Of a stretch of 64,000 nt of DNA, positions 1 through 9,390 are shown piece by piece. Numbering within the stretch: position 1 is the first letter of the stretch; each line of letters starts with the position of its first letter. Under the pieces are notes generated by a model. That model ran no database searches and was not told the DNA's origin. It saw only the letters and a program-made list of their open reading frames with translations. The position numbers were made by a program, and so were the translations under genes. This DNA is from Candidatus Moraniibacteriota bacterium (lineage in GTDB: Bacteria > Patescibacteriota > Minisyncoccia > Moranbacterales > GCA-2747515), in assembly GCA_046116545.1 (NCBI GenBank), contig CP175956.1:160276-224275 (forward strand). The letters run 5' to 3'.

Positions 1-278
1 GATAAAGTCTCTCTTGAAACTACATCTCCATCATTGTAAATTCTATCTAACTTAGTCAATGTAACTACTACATTTTTTGCATGTGGCGATTTAAATCCAC
101 GATTTTTTTTCATTTTCTGTATTAAAGTAGTCCGTCCACCTTCAAATAATGGATTAACATTTCCACCACTTCTAGATTTTTGACCTTTCATACCTTTTCC
201 ACTGTATGTTCCGCGCTTTCCACCGCGACCTATACGCTTTTTTGCCTTTCTTGTTGTAGATATTTCGTGAATTTGCAT
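1..278 (-). CDS. rplO: 50S ribosomal protein L15 (partial; 3' end beyond window)
   Basis: Not in ORF track (runs off edge). Minus-strand translation from ATG at 278: MQIHEISTTRKAKKRIGRGGKRGTYSGKGMKGQKSRSGGNVNPLFEGG... matches L15 N-terminal G/R-rich signature; sits directly downstream of S5. Confidence 0.85.
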   Translation of the reverse strand, partial: MQIHEISTTRKAKKRIGRGGKRGTYSGKGMKGQKSRSGGNVNPLFEGGRTTLIQKMKKNRGFKSPHAKNVVVTLTKLDRIYNDGDVVSRETL

Positions 279-300
279 ATAATTCTTACTTTACTTGTGA

Positions 301-954
301 TTATTTAGTAGCTACCTTTGTTGTAGCTTTCTTAGTCGCTTTTTTTGTTGTTTTCTTTACTGCTTTTTTTGTAGCTTTCTTAGTCGCTTTTTTTGTTGTT
401 TTCTTTACTACTTTTTCATCTTTGTTAGCTACATTTTCAACAGTGCTCTTTTCTTCTTCAATAACCTCTTTTTTCATTGCTGGTCGAAGACTTTTCAATC
501 CCTCTATAGTCGCTCTAGCAACATTTAATTTATTTGAAGTTCCATATGACTTTGATACTATATCTTTTACACCAGCTAATTCAACAACTGTTCTCACAGC
601 TCCACCAGCAATAATTCCACGACCTTCTCTAGCTGGACGCATCATAACACGTGCACTTGCTAATTTTTGGTTTATCTCATGTGGTATTGTATTTCCATCA
701 AGATTCACATCTATCATTTTTTTCTTTGCATCTGCAACAGCTTTTTGAATTGCTCCTGAAACGTCATTACCTTTTGAAACACCTACACCAACTTTACCTT
801 TTCTGTTTCCAATAACCATAGTTGCACGGAAACGAAATCTTCGCCCACCTTTTACAACACGAGTAACACGAGCTAAATCTAATAATTGTTGATCAAACTC
901 TGATTTTTGTCGTTTGCGACCTCTTCCTTTTTTACGATCTTTTTTCATTGCCAT
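301..954 (-). CDS. rpsE: 30S ribosomal protein S5 with Lys-rich C-terminal tail
   Basis: VTRVVKGGRRFRFRATMVIGNRKGKVGVGVSK...GRGIIAGGAVRTVVELAGV are S5 signatures; the C-terminus KKTTKKATKKATKKAVKK is an extension. Confidence 0.92.
   Translation of the reverse strand: MAMKKDRKKGRGRKRQKSEFDQQLLDLARVTRVVKGGRRFRFRATMVIGNRKGKVGVGVSKGNDVSGAIQKAVADAKKKMIDVNLDGNTIPHEINQKLASARVMMRPAREGRGIIAGGAVRTVVELAGVKDIVSKSYGTSNKLNVARATIEGLKSLRPAMKKEVIEEEKSTVENVANKDEKVVKKTTKKATKKATKKAVKKTTKKATKKATTKVATK
313..420. repeat. 48-bp perfect tandem repeat (about 2.2 copies) inside the S5 C-terminal tail coding region
   Basis: The unit ttgtagctttcttagtcgctttttttgttgttttctttac plus an 8-nt spacer recurs at 321-360 and 369-408; it encodes repeated KKATKKA(T/V)KK. 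Confidence 0.85.
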
Positions 955-976
955 ATAAACTTAAATACAAAGTAAA

Positions 977-1324
977 TTAAAATTTTAGACCAGCTTTGCG
1001 AGCTCCCTCTGCAATAGCCTTAATCTTTCCATGATAAATATATCCGGCTCTATCAAATACAACCTCTGTAATTTTCTTATCAATTGCTTTTTTTGCTATC
1101 AACTCCCCAAGTTTACCAGCACCATCCACATCATTTTTAGCTCCTTTCACCTCAGCTAATTTTGCAGAAACTATTGTTTCACCTTTATTGTCATCTATAA
1201 GCTGTGCATTCATAGCTTTCAATGAACGAAAAACGTTCAATCTAGGCTTAGTAGCTGTTCCAGAAATCTTTGCACGAACTCTCTTAGCTCGATGTAATCT
1301 TTGATTATTTCTTGTTCTTTCCAT
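977..1324 (-). CDS. rplR: 50S ribosomal protein L18
   Basis: RLHRAKRVRAKISGTATKPRLNVFRS...KAIDKKITEVVFDRAGYIYHGKIKAIAEGARKAGLKF. Confidence 0.9.
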   Translation of the reverse strand: MERTRNNQRLHRAKRVRAKISGTATKPRLNVFRSLKAMNAQLIDDNKGETIVSAKLAEVKGAKNDVDGAGKLGELIAKKAIDKKITEVVFDRAGYIYHGKIKAIAEGARKAGLKF

Positions 1325-1346
1325 AAAATTAAGTTAAATTTGACTA

Positions 1347-1889
1347 TTATGCTGCTGTAGCAGCTTTTTTACCTTCCTTACGACGAACATGTTCGTCATC
1401 ATACTTAAATCCTTTTCCTTTATACGGTTCAACTGGTTTCAATGCTCTAATATTAGCAGTAAATTGACCAACTTCTTGTTTATTCATTCCTGATACTGTC
1501 ATATTTTGACCATCTATAGTAACCTCAAGACCTTCTGGAATATCTACTAAAACTGGGTGAGAAAAACCTAAAGCTAAATCAATTTGCTTTCCTTTTAGAG
1601 CCATACGGTAACCTACACCATTCAATTCTAATTTTCTTTCAAATCCCTTTGAGACACCTGTTATCATATTTTGTATTAAGCGAGCTGTTGTTCCCCACAT
1701 TGATTGTGCAATTTTTGCATTTCTTGCTTTTTCTACATGCACACCGTCCTCTTCAACAGTTACCTTTATAGCACTATGTAGCGTCATAACTAACTCACCT
1801 TTTGCGCCCTTAACTTTAACCTCTTGATTTGAGATTTCAACAGTAACGCCATTAGGGATTTCAATTGTCTTCTGACCAATACGACTCAT
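1347..1889 (-). CDS. rplF: 50S ribosomal protein L6
   Basis: MSRIGQKTIEIPNGVTVEI... is the L6 N-terminus; two-domain length; operon position. Confidence 0.9.
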   Translation of the reverse strand: MSRIGQKTIEIPNGVTVEISNQEVKVKGAKGELVMTLHSAIKVTVEEDGVHVEKARNAKIAQSMWGTTARLIQNMITGVSKGFERKLELNGVGYRMALKGKQIDLALGFSHPVLVDIPEGLEVTIDGQNMTVSGMNKQEVGQFTANIRALKPVEPYKGKGFKYDDEHVRRKEGKKAATAA

Positions 1890-1921
1890 ATATTTATTAC
1901 CTTAACTTTAAATTTATAACT

Positions 1922-2335
1922 TTACCACAATTCGCAAATCATTTCTCCACCAAGACCTTTTTTGCGAGCATCTTTACCACTCATTACTCCCTGTGATGTT
2001 GAAATTATAGAAATTCCATAACCATTTCTAACTTTGTGAATATCATCTTTTTTGATATATATTCTTTGACCTTGCTTACTAATCTGACGAATTGCTTCGA
2101 TAGCAGGATTTTTCTGTATACTAGAAATTTGATTATATTTCAATACAATATGAATATTCTCAAATTTTTCATTATTTTCATCTTTAACACGCTCAGCTTT
2201 TTCTATGTAACCTTCTTTTACTAACACATTCGCAATTGCAAACTTAATCTTAGACATAGGCATTGTAGCCTCGCTGTGTCCAGCTGCGTATGCATTTCGC
2301 AATCGTGTTAACATGTCACTAATTGAATCGATCAT
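1922..2335 (-). CDS. rpsH: 30S ribosomal protein S8
   Basis: DSISDMLTRLRNA...ISTSQGVMSGKDARKKGLGGEMICELW. Confidence 0.9.
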   Translation of the reverse strand: MIDSISDMLTRLRNAYAAGHSEATMPMSKIKFAIANVLVKEGYIEKAERVKDENNEKFENIHIVLKYNQISSIQKNPAIEAIRQISKQGQRIYIKKDDIHKVRNGYGISIISTSQGVMSGKDARKKGLGGEMICELW

Positions 2336-2382
2336 AATTACTTTTTCATTTAAATATCAAACTATTTTTCAAAATTTATATA

Positions 2383-2568
2383 TTACCAGCTACTTTTCTT
2401 CACACCAGGCAACTCACCTTTACTAGCTAATTCACGAAAACAGATACGACAGATACCAAAATATCTCATGTAGCCATGTTTACGACTACATTTCCAACAC
2501 CTATTCACTTTCCTTGTTGAAAACTTTGGTTTTTTAGCCGCTCGTGCTGTTACTGATGTCTTTGCCAT
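2383..2568 (-). CDS. rpsN: 30S ribosomal protein S14 type Z (zinc-binding)
   Basis: 61 aa with CWKC...CRIC zinc ribbon; sits between L5 and S8. Confidence 0.9.
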   Translation of the reverse strand: MAKTSVTARAAKKPKFSTRKVNRCWKCSRKHGYMRYFGICRICFRELASKGELPGVKKSSW

Positions 2569-2590
2569 AATTTCTATAATATAAATTAAA

Positions 2591-3145
2591 TTATTCTTCG
2601 TCTTTTTGCAATGGGAAACCTAACAATTTGTATAACTTTTCAGCATCTTCTTTATTATCAGCAGTTGATACCAATGTTATTTGCATCCCAAATGGATTTT
2701 TTACTTGCTCTGCAACAATTTCTGGAAATATTGTATGTTCTTTAATTCCAATATTTAGATTTCCACTTCCATCAATTATCTTAGTCTCTAATCCATGAAA
2801 ATCACGAACACGAGGCAAAGCTGTTCCAACAAATCTATCCATAAACTCCCACATTCTCGTTCCGTGCAATGTAACTTTCATTCCTACATCTTGACCTTCA
2901 CGAATCTTGAAACCAGAAATTGATTTCTTTGCTTTTGTCTTGATAGGTTGTTGACCTGTAATATCCCTTAGACCTCTTTCAATTTCAGCAATAGCCTCCT
3001 TGTTTTTGTCGAACTTACCCGTACCTGTGTTTATAACTATTTTTTCAACACGAGGAACAAGCATTATATTCTCCAAACCAAGATCTTTTTGCAAATCTTT
3101 CAAAGAATCATTATATTGTTGTTTGATTGTTTTTACTGTACTCAT
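2591..3145 (-). CDS. rplE: 50S ribosomal protein L5
   Basis: [10 protein letters not shown]...[19 protein letters not shown]...[15 protein letters not shown]. Confidence 0.9.
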   Translation of the reverse strand: MSTVKTIKQQYNDSLKDLQKDLGLENIMLVPRVEKIVINTGTGKFDKNKEAIAEIERGLRDITGQQPIKTKAKKSISGFKIREGQDVGMKVTLHGTRMWEFMDRFVGTALPRVRDFHGLETKIIDGSGNLNIGIKEHTIFPEIVAEQVKNPFGMQITLVSTADNKEDAEKLYKLLGFPLQKDEE

Positions 3146-3154
3146 AAATATCTA

Positions 3155-3466
3155 TTAATCTATTTCTTTACCACTCTTTTTGGACACACGTACCTTTGAT
3201 CCTTCATTCACCTTGAATCCTACCCTTGTAGGTTTATCTGTATGTGGACAAACTAATGCAACATTCGATATATCCATAGGTGACTCTACTGTAACACGCT
3301 CACCTTTTTGACCCATTTGTTTAGGTTTTACATGTTTAGTGATCATATTCAATTTTTTTACGGTAACTTTTAGAGCTTTTGGATTAACCATGATAATTTC
3401 ACCACGCTTACCGCGATCTTTACCTGCCAAAATCTCAACTTTATCACCTTTCTTTATCTTTAACAT
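3155..3466 (-). CDS. rplX: 50S ribosomal protein L24
   Basis: MLKIKKGDKVEILAGKDRGKRGEI is a KOW motif; operon position. Confidence 0.88.
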   Translation of the reverse strand: MLKIKKGDKVEILAGKDRGKRGEIIMVNPKALKVTVKKLNMITKHVKPKQMGQKGERVTVESPMDISNVALVCPHTDKPTRVGFKVNEGSKVRVSKKSGKEID

Positions 3467-3490
3467 ATCTCTATAAAATTATCACATTCT

Positions 3491-3862
3491 TTATAAAACC
3501 TCTGGTGCCAATGACACAATCTTGCTATATCCTCTTTCTCTCAACTCCCTTGCTATTGGACCAAATATACGAGTTGCTTTTGGCTCCTTGTTATCTGGAT
3601 CAATTATAACAGCTGCATTTTCATCAAATCTGATATATGAACCATCCTTACGACGAACTGGATATTTCTGTCGGACAATCACAGCCTTTACAACATCACC
3701 TGCTTTTACATTACCTCGTGGTTCTGCTGTTTTTACAGATGCAATGATAATGTCACCAATATATGCATATCGACGTTTTGAACCACCAGGAACCTTGAAG
3801 CATTCAATCTCCTTTGCCCCTGAATTATCTGCAACTTTTAGCCATGTTTCTGCCTGAATCAT
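3491..3862 (-). CDS. rplN: 50S ribosomal protein L14
   Basis: [24 protein letters not shown]...AVIIDPDN. Confidence 0.92.
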   Translation of the reverse strand: MIQAETWLKVADNSGAKEIECFKVPGGSKRRYAYIGDIIIASVKTAEPRGNVKAGDVVKAVIVRQKYPVRRKDGSYIRFDENAAVIIDPDNKEPKATRIFGPIARELRERGYSKIVSLAPEVL

Positions 3863-3888
3863 ACATTTCTATTAAAAAATCTTTAAAA

Positions 3889-4125
3889 TTATTTTACACT
3901 AAATCTTTTATCTTTACTTATTGGTCGTGATTCGATTATTTCTACTACGTCACCAACCTTGCAAGTATTCTTCTCATCGTGAGCTTTATACTTTTTAGTA
4001 TCGATATACTTTTTCTTATACTTTTTGTGAGTTTTGAATGTATCTACTGCAACAACAATCGTTTTATCCATTGCATCAGAGACAACCTTGCCTTTCAAAA
4101 CTAATTGTCTACTATCTTTTGTCAT
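3889..4125 (-). CDS. rpsQ: 30S ribosomal protein S17
   Basis: GKVVSDAMDKTIVVAV...KYKAHDEKNTCKVGDVVEIIESRPISKDKRF. Confidence 0.9.
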   Translation of the reverse strand: MTKDSRQLVLKGKVVSDAMDKTIVVAVDTFKTHKKYKKKYIDTKKYKAHDEKNTCKVGDVVEIIESRPISKDKRFSVK

Positions 4126-4144
4126 AAAAATTCATTTATATAAA

Positions 4145-4339
4145 TTATTCGCTACAAGTCTTTTCTGCTACAACTGTCATAACTCGTGCCAAATCTTTTT
4201 TCGATTTACGGATATCACGATTATTTTGAGTCTTCTTCATCATTAGATCCATTTGTGTTTGATGAATGCTAGCTTTCAAATCGTCTGCTGTCTTGAGCAA
4301 TTCATCAATATTTTTTTCTCTAAGTTCTACAACTTTCAT
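4145..4339 (-). CDS. rpmC: 50S ribosomal protein L29
   Basis: 64 aa, LREKNIDELLKTADDLKASIHQTQMDL; position between L16 and S17. Confidence 0.85.
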   Translation of the reverse strand: MKVVELREKNIDELLKTADDLKASIHQTQMDLMMKKTQNNRDIRKSKKDLARVMTVVAEKTCSE

Positions 4340-4353
4340 ATTATCAATTTTAA

Positions 4354-4770
4354 TTACTCATTATTCTTTGAAACAAATTTTGTTCTAATTCCAAACTTAT
4401 GTCCTGCCAAACGAAATGCTTCACGAGCAGTTTCTTCATCTATCCCATCAACTTCAAACATTACTTTACCTGGTCTAACTTTAACAACATAGTGATCAAC
4501 AGTACCCTTACCTTTACCCATAGGTGTTTCATCACCTTTCTTTGTCATTGGATGATCTGGAAATATTCTTATCCAATATTTACCAGTTCTTTGCATGTAA
4601 CGAGTAATTGTACGACGAGCAGATTCAATCTGCCTTGCAGAAATACGTCCTTGAGTAGTAGCCTTCATACCATAACTTCCAAAACTAACTACTGTTCCTC
4701 GTGTTGCATTTCCTTTCAACTCGCCTCCGCGATGCATTTTTCTATGTTTTACTTTTCGTGGCATTAACAT
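4354..4770 (-). CDS. rplP: 50S ribosomal protein L16
   Basis: MLMPRKVKHRKMHRGG...ARQIESARRTITRYMQRTGKYWIRIFPD. Confidence 0.92.
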   Translation of the reverse strand: MLMPRKVKHRKMHRGGELKGNATRGTVVSFGSYGMKATTQGRISARQIESARRTITRYMQRTGKYWIRIFPDHPMTKKGDETPMGKGKGTVDHYVVKVRPGKVMFEVDGIDEETAREAFRLAGHKFGIRTKFVSKNNE

Positions 4771-4794
4771 AATCTTTTCCTAAAAACTTTCAAA

Positions 4795-5448
4795 TTATTT
4801 ATTCTTCTTGTCGAAAACTTCACCTTTATATACCCATACTTTCACACCAATTGCTCCATATGTTGTACGAGCTACATCTCTAGCAAAATCTATATCTGCT
4901 CTAAGTGTATGAAGTGGTATAGTTCCTTCACTTAACCATTCAACACGACTCATTTCTGCTCCATTCAAACGACCTGATAAAGAAATTTTCATTCCTTGAA
5001 TATTTCTATTTTTAATAGCCTGTTCCAATGTTGTTTTCATAACCCTTCTAAACGGCATTCTTTTTTCTAACTGTTCAGCAACATCCTGAGCAACTAATGC
5101 TGCACTCTCTTCAAACTGCTTAATCTCTCTAATGTCAACTTTCACATCAACTCTTTTTCCCGCAAAAAAATCTTTTTTAATATATGCAATCAAATCTTCA
5201 ATCCCACTACCTCCACGACCTATAATCATTCCAGGTCTAGATGTTTTGATGATGATTTTTACAGCCTTCTCATTTCTTTCAATTTCTACATCAGCAATAG
5301 CTGCATGTCGCCATTTTTTCATAATTGCACGACGAATAACTACATCCTGCTCTAATAACTCGGCATAATTATTTCCACCGAACCAACGAGAGCGCCATGT
5401 CGTTGTTATTCCTAGCCTAAGGCTTTTTGGATTTACTTTATTACCCAT
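4795..5448 (-). CDS. rpsC: 30S ribosomal protein S3
   Basis: MGNKVNPKSLRLGITTTWRSRWF...KH domain...IIGRGGSGIEDL. Confidence 0.92.
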   Translation of the reverse strand: MGNKVNPKSLRLGITTTWRSRWFGGNNYAELLEQDVVIRRAIMKKWRHAAIADVEIERNEKAVKIIIKTSRPGMIIGRGGSGIEDLIAYIKKDFFAGKRVDVKVDIREIKQFEESAALVAQDVAEQLEKRMPFRRVMKTTLEQAIKNRNIQGMKISLSGRLNGAEMSRVEWLSEGTIPLHTLRADIDFARDVARTTYGAIGVKVWVYKGEVFDKKNK

Positions 5449-5459
5449 ATTACAAAATA

Positions 5460-5852
5460 TTATTTAGTATCTTTTTGCGAATTACTCTTTTTTACCTCTT
5501 TTTTTTCAACCTTATCAGTGCCATCTGTCAAAACAATACTCACACGAGATGTTCTTTTCAAGATTTTTGCAGCTCTACCATAAGCTCTTGGTCGCCATCT
5601 TTTCAATGTTGGACCTTCTCCTACAATAATATCTGAAATATACAAATCCTTTTCATTCAACTTAAAGTTATTTTCAGCATTTGCAACAGCGCTTTTTAAC
5701 AATTTCTCCAAAGGCTCTGCAGTCTTACGTAAATCATATTTCATCAATCCGATAGCTTCACTAACTTGAACTCCTCTAACTCTATCAGCTACCAAACGCA
5801 CCTTCCTTGGTGAAATTCGCAAATTATTCAATTGTGCTGTTACTTTTGTCAT
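5460..5852 (-). CDS. rplV: 50S ribosomal protein L22
   Basis: [22 protein letters not shown]...[34 protein letters not shown]. Confidence 0.9.
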   Translation of the reverse strand: [130 protein letters not shown]

Positions 5853-5885
5853 AATTCTTTATTAATAAATCACTTCTTATACTAT

Positions 5886-6170
5886 TTATTTTCCGCTATC
5901 CAAATCCTTCTGCATTTTACCTCCATGTTTTGTAAATTTCCTTGTTGGTGAAAATTCACCTAACTTGTGTCCAACCATTTCATCAGAAATCAAAGCTTCT
6001 ATAAAGTCTTTTCCATTATGTATGGCGAATGTAAATCCAATCATATCTGGTGTAATTGTACAAGCTCTTGACCATGTCTTTATAACTCCTGTCTCTTTTG
6101 GAGTTTTACCCTCAACTTTTTTGATAACTCTCTCATCTACATATAACCCTTTTTTCAGTGATCTACTCAT
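5886..6170 (-). CDS. rpsS: 30S ribosomal protein S19
   Basis: [12 protein letters not shown]...[10 protein letters not shown]...[19 protein letters not shown]. Confidence 0.92.
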   Translation of the reverse strand: MSRSLKKGLYVDERVIKKVEGKTPKETGVIKTWSRACTITPDMIGFTFAIHNGKDFIEALISDEMVGHKLGEFSPTRKFTKHGGKMQKDLDSGK

Positions 6171-6182
6171 ATACTTACTATA

Positions 6183-7013
6183 TTATTTCTTATGTCTTGA
6201 TTGAACAATGTACTTACTACTTAATTTCTTTTTTCTTCTAGTACGAACTCCCAAAGCATGCTTACCCCATGGAGTTTTTGGATACTTCAACCCAATTGGT
6301 TGACAACCTTCACCACCTCCATGTGGATGATCTACCGGGTTCATAGCACTACCACGAACAGCAGGCCTCTTACCCATATGTCTTGCTCGTCCAGCCTTAC
6401 CAATCTTTACTGCATTATGTTCAAAATTGCTAACAGCTCCAATGGTTGCGTAACATTCCTTACTTATTAAACGTATTTCACCTGAAGGCATTTTAATTTG
6501 AGCATATTTTTCATCATGACTCATAATCAATGCACTACTTCCAGCACTCCTGATAATCTGTCCGCCTCCACCAACTTTCATTTCTACATTTGAAACTTCA
6601 GTTCCTGAAAGAATATTCTCTAATTTTGTACGATTTCCATCATCTAACGCTACTTTTTCTCCAGAAATAATTTTATCACCAACACGCATCTTCTCAGTTG
6701 CTAATACATATCTTTTTTCACCATCTGCATATACTACCAATGCTATTAAAGCGCTCCTATTTGGATCTTTTTCAATTGAAGTAATTGTTCCTGGTATATC
6801 AAACTTATCTTGTTTGAAATCAACCATTCTGTATAACTTCTTTGCGCCTCTTTGACGATGACGAATTGAAATTTTACCATTACTACGTCCACATTTTTGA
6901 TTCAAAGAAACACAAAGTGACTTTTCAGGCTTTCTATCTGTAACAGCATCAGGCTTCACAATAGACATATTGCGTCTCCCAGCGTTATTTCTTTTGTATA
7001 CTTTAATTGCCAT
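6183..7013 (-). CDS. rplB: 50S ribosomal protein L2
   Basis: MAIKVYKRNNAGRR...GRNNGKISIRHRQRGAKKLYR...PVDHPHGGGEG. Confidence 0.93.
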   Translation of the reverse strand: MAIKVYKRNNAGRRNMSIVKPDAVTDRKPEKSLCVSLNQKCGRSNGKISIRHRQRGAKKLYRMVDFKQDKFDIPGTITSIEKDPNRSALIALVVYADGEKRYVLATEKMRVGDKIISGEKVALDDGNRTKLENILSGTEVSNVEMKVGGGGQIIRSAGSSALIMSHDEKYAQIKMPSGEIRLISKECYATIGAVSNFEHNAVKIGKAGRARHMGKRPAVRGSAMNPVDHPHGGGEGCQPIGLKYPKTPWGKHALGVRTRRKKKLSSKYIVQSRHKK

Positions 7014-7036
7014 AATTCTTATTTATATACTTTTAC

Positions 7037-7438
7037 TTATACTCCTTCAAAAACTGCAATATGTTGTCCCTCTTTTACTGTTACAATTGCTTTTTTATAT
7101 AACTTTTGATAACCTCTATCATATTTTACAGTTCGCCTTTTTGGCTTCACAACTATCATATTCACATTTTCAACATCTACTTTGTACATTTCTTGTACAA
7201 CACGTTTCACATCCTTTTTTGTAGCAGTCTTTTCAACTCGAAATGTGTATTTACCTTCAGAAGCCATTGCATGCGACTTCTCAGTTACTATAGGAGCTAC
7301 AATAGTTCCATAAGCAGATGAGGTTGACGCAACATCTTTTGCAGATGATTTATCTTTCTTCTTAGACGTTTTTTCCACTTTTTTCTCAGTAGAAACACCC
7401 TCTTTTATATCTTCTTTTTTATTACCAAAAATTCCCAT
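7037..7438 (-). CDS. rplW: 50S ribosomal protein L23 with ~40-aa Lys/Ser-rich N-terminal extension
   Basis: Core IVAPIVTEKS...YKVDVENVNMIVVKPKRR matches L23; the preceding ~40 residues are an extension; the start lies 14 nt from the L4 stop. Confidence 0.85.
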   Translation of the reverse strand: MGIFGNKKEDIKEGVSTEKKVEKTSKKKDKSSAKDVASTSSAYGTIVAPIVTEKSHAMASEGKYTFRVEKTATKKDVKRVVQEMYKVDVENVNMIVVKPKRRTVKYDRGYQKLYKKAIVTVKEGQHIAVFEGV

Positions 7439-7452
7439 ATATTCTTTATTAA

Positions 7453-8100
7453 TTATGCAGTAAATTTACTAACCAACTGCTTAACTGAATCTTCACTTAC
7501 AATCAAATATTCTGAATTCAAAACATCATATACATTTAACTGATTTGTTTCTATAGTATTTAATCTATCAATGTTACGAGCTGCAATATGACTACCTTTT
7601 TCAGTAGCAGAGAATCCTATCATCATACTTTTATTCAAATCCAAGCCTTTTATCATTGTAGCAACTGTTTTAGTCTTGCCATCTTCAATTTTCAATGAAT
7701 CTATCACACGTAGCTTATCTGCTCTAACTTTTTCAGACAAGGCTATCAAAAGTGCTTTCTGTTTCATTTTTTCATTGATTAATTTTTTGAAATTTCGATT
7801 TTTTAATGGTCCAAAAGTTATACCACCACCACGCCAGATAGGATTACGTATTGATCCTGTACGAGCATTACCTGTTCCTTTTTGCTTCCAAGGTTTTTTA
7901 CCACCACCACGTCTATCTGATCGTGTTTTTGTATGTGCGCTACCGCTTCTTCTATTTGCAGATTGGGCAACAAAAACTTGGTGTACTAAAACATCATTCT
8001 TTTCGATTCCAAAAACAGCATCATCTAGCGAAATATCACCTGACTTCTCTCCTTTTATATTGTATACATCTATCTTTGTCATAATATTCTTTAAAATCAA
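7453..8100 (-). CDS. rplD: 50S ribosomal protein L4
   Basis: RRSGSAHTKTRSDRRGGGKKPWKQKGTGNARTGSIRNPIWRGGGITFGP. Confidence 0.9.
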   Translation of the reverse strand: MILKNIMTKIDVYNIKGEKSGDISLDDAVFGIEKNDVLVHQVFVAQSANRRSGSAHTKTRSDRRGGGKKPWKQKGTGNARTGSIRNPIWRGGGITFGPLKNRNFKKLINEKMKQKALLIALSEKVRADKLRVIDSLKIEDGKTKTVATMIKGLDLNKSMMIGFSATEKGSHIAARNIDRLNTIETNQLNVYDVLNSEYLIVSEDSVKQLVSKFTA

Positions 8101-8106
8101 ATTTAT

Positions 8107-8700
8107 CTATGCGCTTACTATTTCAACTATACGACCAGCAACACCAGGAACAGCTCCTTTTATTGCTATTGTATTTGTCTCTTTATCAACAGCAACAATT
8201 TTCAAACCTTGTGCTGTGGACAGATTACCTCCCATTCGTCCAGCCATTTTCTTTCCCTTTAATACATGTTGTGGATATGCACTACCAATTGATCCTCCAG
8301 AACGAAGTACATGTCTATGTCCATGAGTAGCAGGACCTCCTTTAAATCCATGTCTTTTCACAACACCTTGGAAACCTTTAGCTTTACTAATCGCAGATAC
8401 ACTTACTACATCGCCAACTTCAAACACATCAGCAGAAACAGTATCATTTTTTCTGTAATCATCTATATTGTTAACACGAAATTCTCTTGTATATTTAACG
8501 TTTTTTGTTTTATCAACAGAAAGTCTAACAGCGCTGTATCCATCACGCTCTTCATTCCTTATCAAGTCAATAGTGTTTGGAACAACATTAACAAGCGTCA
8601 CATTTTGAGCGCCATCTTCATTATATATTGTTGTCATCCCTGATTTCTTCCCTAAAACAAATTTCATAATATGTAAAATTATATATTCTAAATTTTTCAA
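8107..8700 (-). CDS. rplC: 50S ribosomal protein L3
   Basis: GKKSGMTTIYNEDG...FQGVVKRHGFKGGPATHGHRHVLRSGGSIG. Confidence 0.9.
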   Translation of the reverse strand: MKNLEYIILHIMKFVLGKKSGMTTIYNEDGAQNVTLVNVVPNTIDLIRNEERDGYSAVRLSVDKTKNVKYTREFRVNNIDDYRKNDTVSADVFEVGDVVSVSAISKAKGFQGVVKRHGFKGGPATHGHRHVLRSGGSIGSAYPQHVLKGKKMAGRMGGNLSTAQGLKIVAVDKETNTIAIKGAVPGVAGRIVEIVSA

Positions 8701-8937
8701 ATAAAAAATGGCCTTAAAACTAAGCCAGAATTATTTTAAATTCTTCTATACTATTGTACAGAAAAACTTTTTATTTGTCAAGACTCTTCTTGAAATGACT
8801 AAATAAAAACTATCTAGCTCGCTTAGTATCTTACATTTTTATATTAGTAAGACTTTAACGAAACACTATTTTAATACCAAAACTAATAAATAAATAAAAA
8901 CTATTTATATATTAATTTTAAATTACTAACATGAGAC

Positions 8938-8961
8938 ATAAACTAGATAATTCTAGTTTAT
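8938..8961 (-). promoter_or_regulatory. Perfect 10-bp-stem hairpin in the 270-bp S10-L3 spacer (possible attenuator or RNA-processing element)
   Basis: ATAAACTAGA-TAAT-TCTAGTTTAT lies immediately 3' of the S10 stop on the minus strand; it is not followed by a clean U-tract. Confidence 0.4.
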
Positions 8962-8971
8962 GCTAAACAAA

Positions 8972-9310
8972 CTACATTTTAACTTCAATACTTACACCAG
9001 CCGGTAAATCAAGATTTGTCAAATCCTCAATAGTTTTTGGTGAGGGATTGATAATATCGATCAAACGCTTATGTGTACGCATTTCGTATTGCTCGCGTGC
9101 AGTTTTATGCACAAAAGTAGACTTGTTTACAGTCATTTTTTTAATTTGTGTTGGTAACGGCACTGGACCAGAAATTTGAGCTCCTGTCCTTGCTGCTGTT
9201 TCAACAATTTGTTTTGCAGACTTATCAATAACCTTATTGTCGTACGCCTTTATTTTGATACGTACTCTAGTTGCTGCTTCTTCTTTCTTAGCCACCACGA
9301 AATAAAACAC
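8972..9310 (-). CDS. rpsJ: 30S ribosomal protein S10
   Basis: RIKIKAYDNKVIDKSAKQIVETAARTGAQISGPVPLPT...HKRLIDII. Confidence 0.9.
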   Translation of the reverse strand: MFYFVVAKKEEAATRVRIKIKAYDNKVIDKSAKQIVETAARTGAQISGPVPLPTQIKKMTVNKSTFVHKTAREQYEMRTHKRLIDIINPSPKTIEDLTNLDLPAGVSIEVKM

Positions 9311-9390
9311 TTAATAAATTACTTCCCACAAAAATGAGAGAAGGGATGACTTTAACAAGATGTTAAAGTCATCCACTTCTTTCTTTTTGA

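Noticed and set aside
422-8643. Numerous plus-strand ORFs (for example 422..748, 2036..2224, 3522..3857, 4399..4767, 7676..8326, 8311..8643) antisense to the ribosomal protein genes
   Set aside because: They fully overlap conserved ribosomal protein genes on the opposite strand, have low-complexity composition and no RBS. They are antisense artefacts of AT-rich coding sequence.
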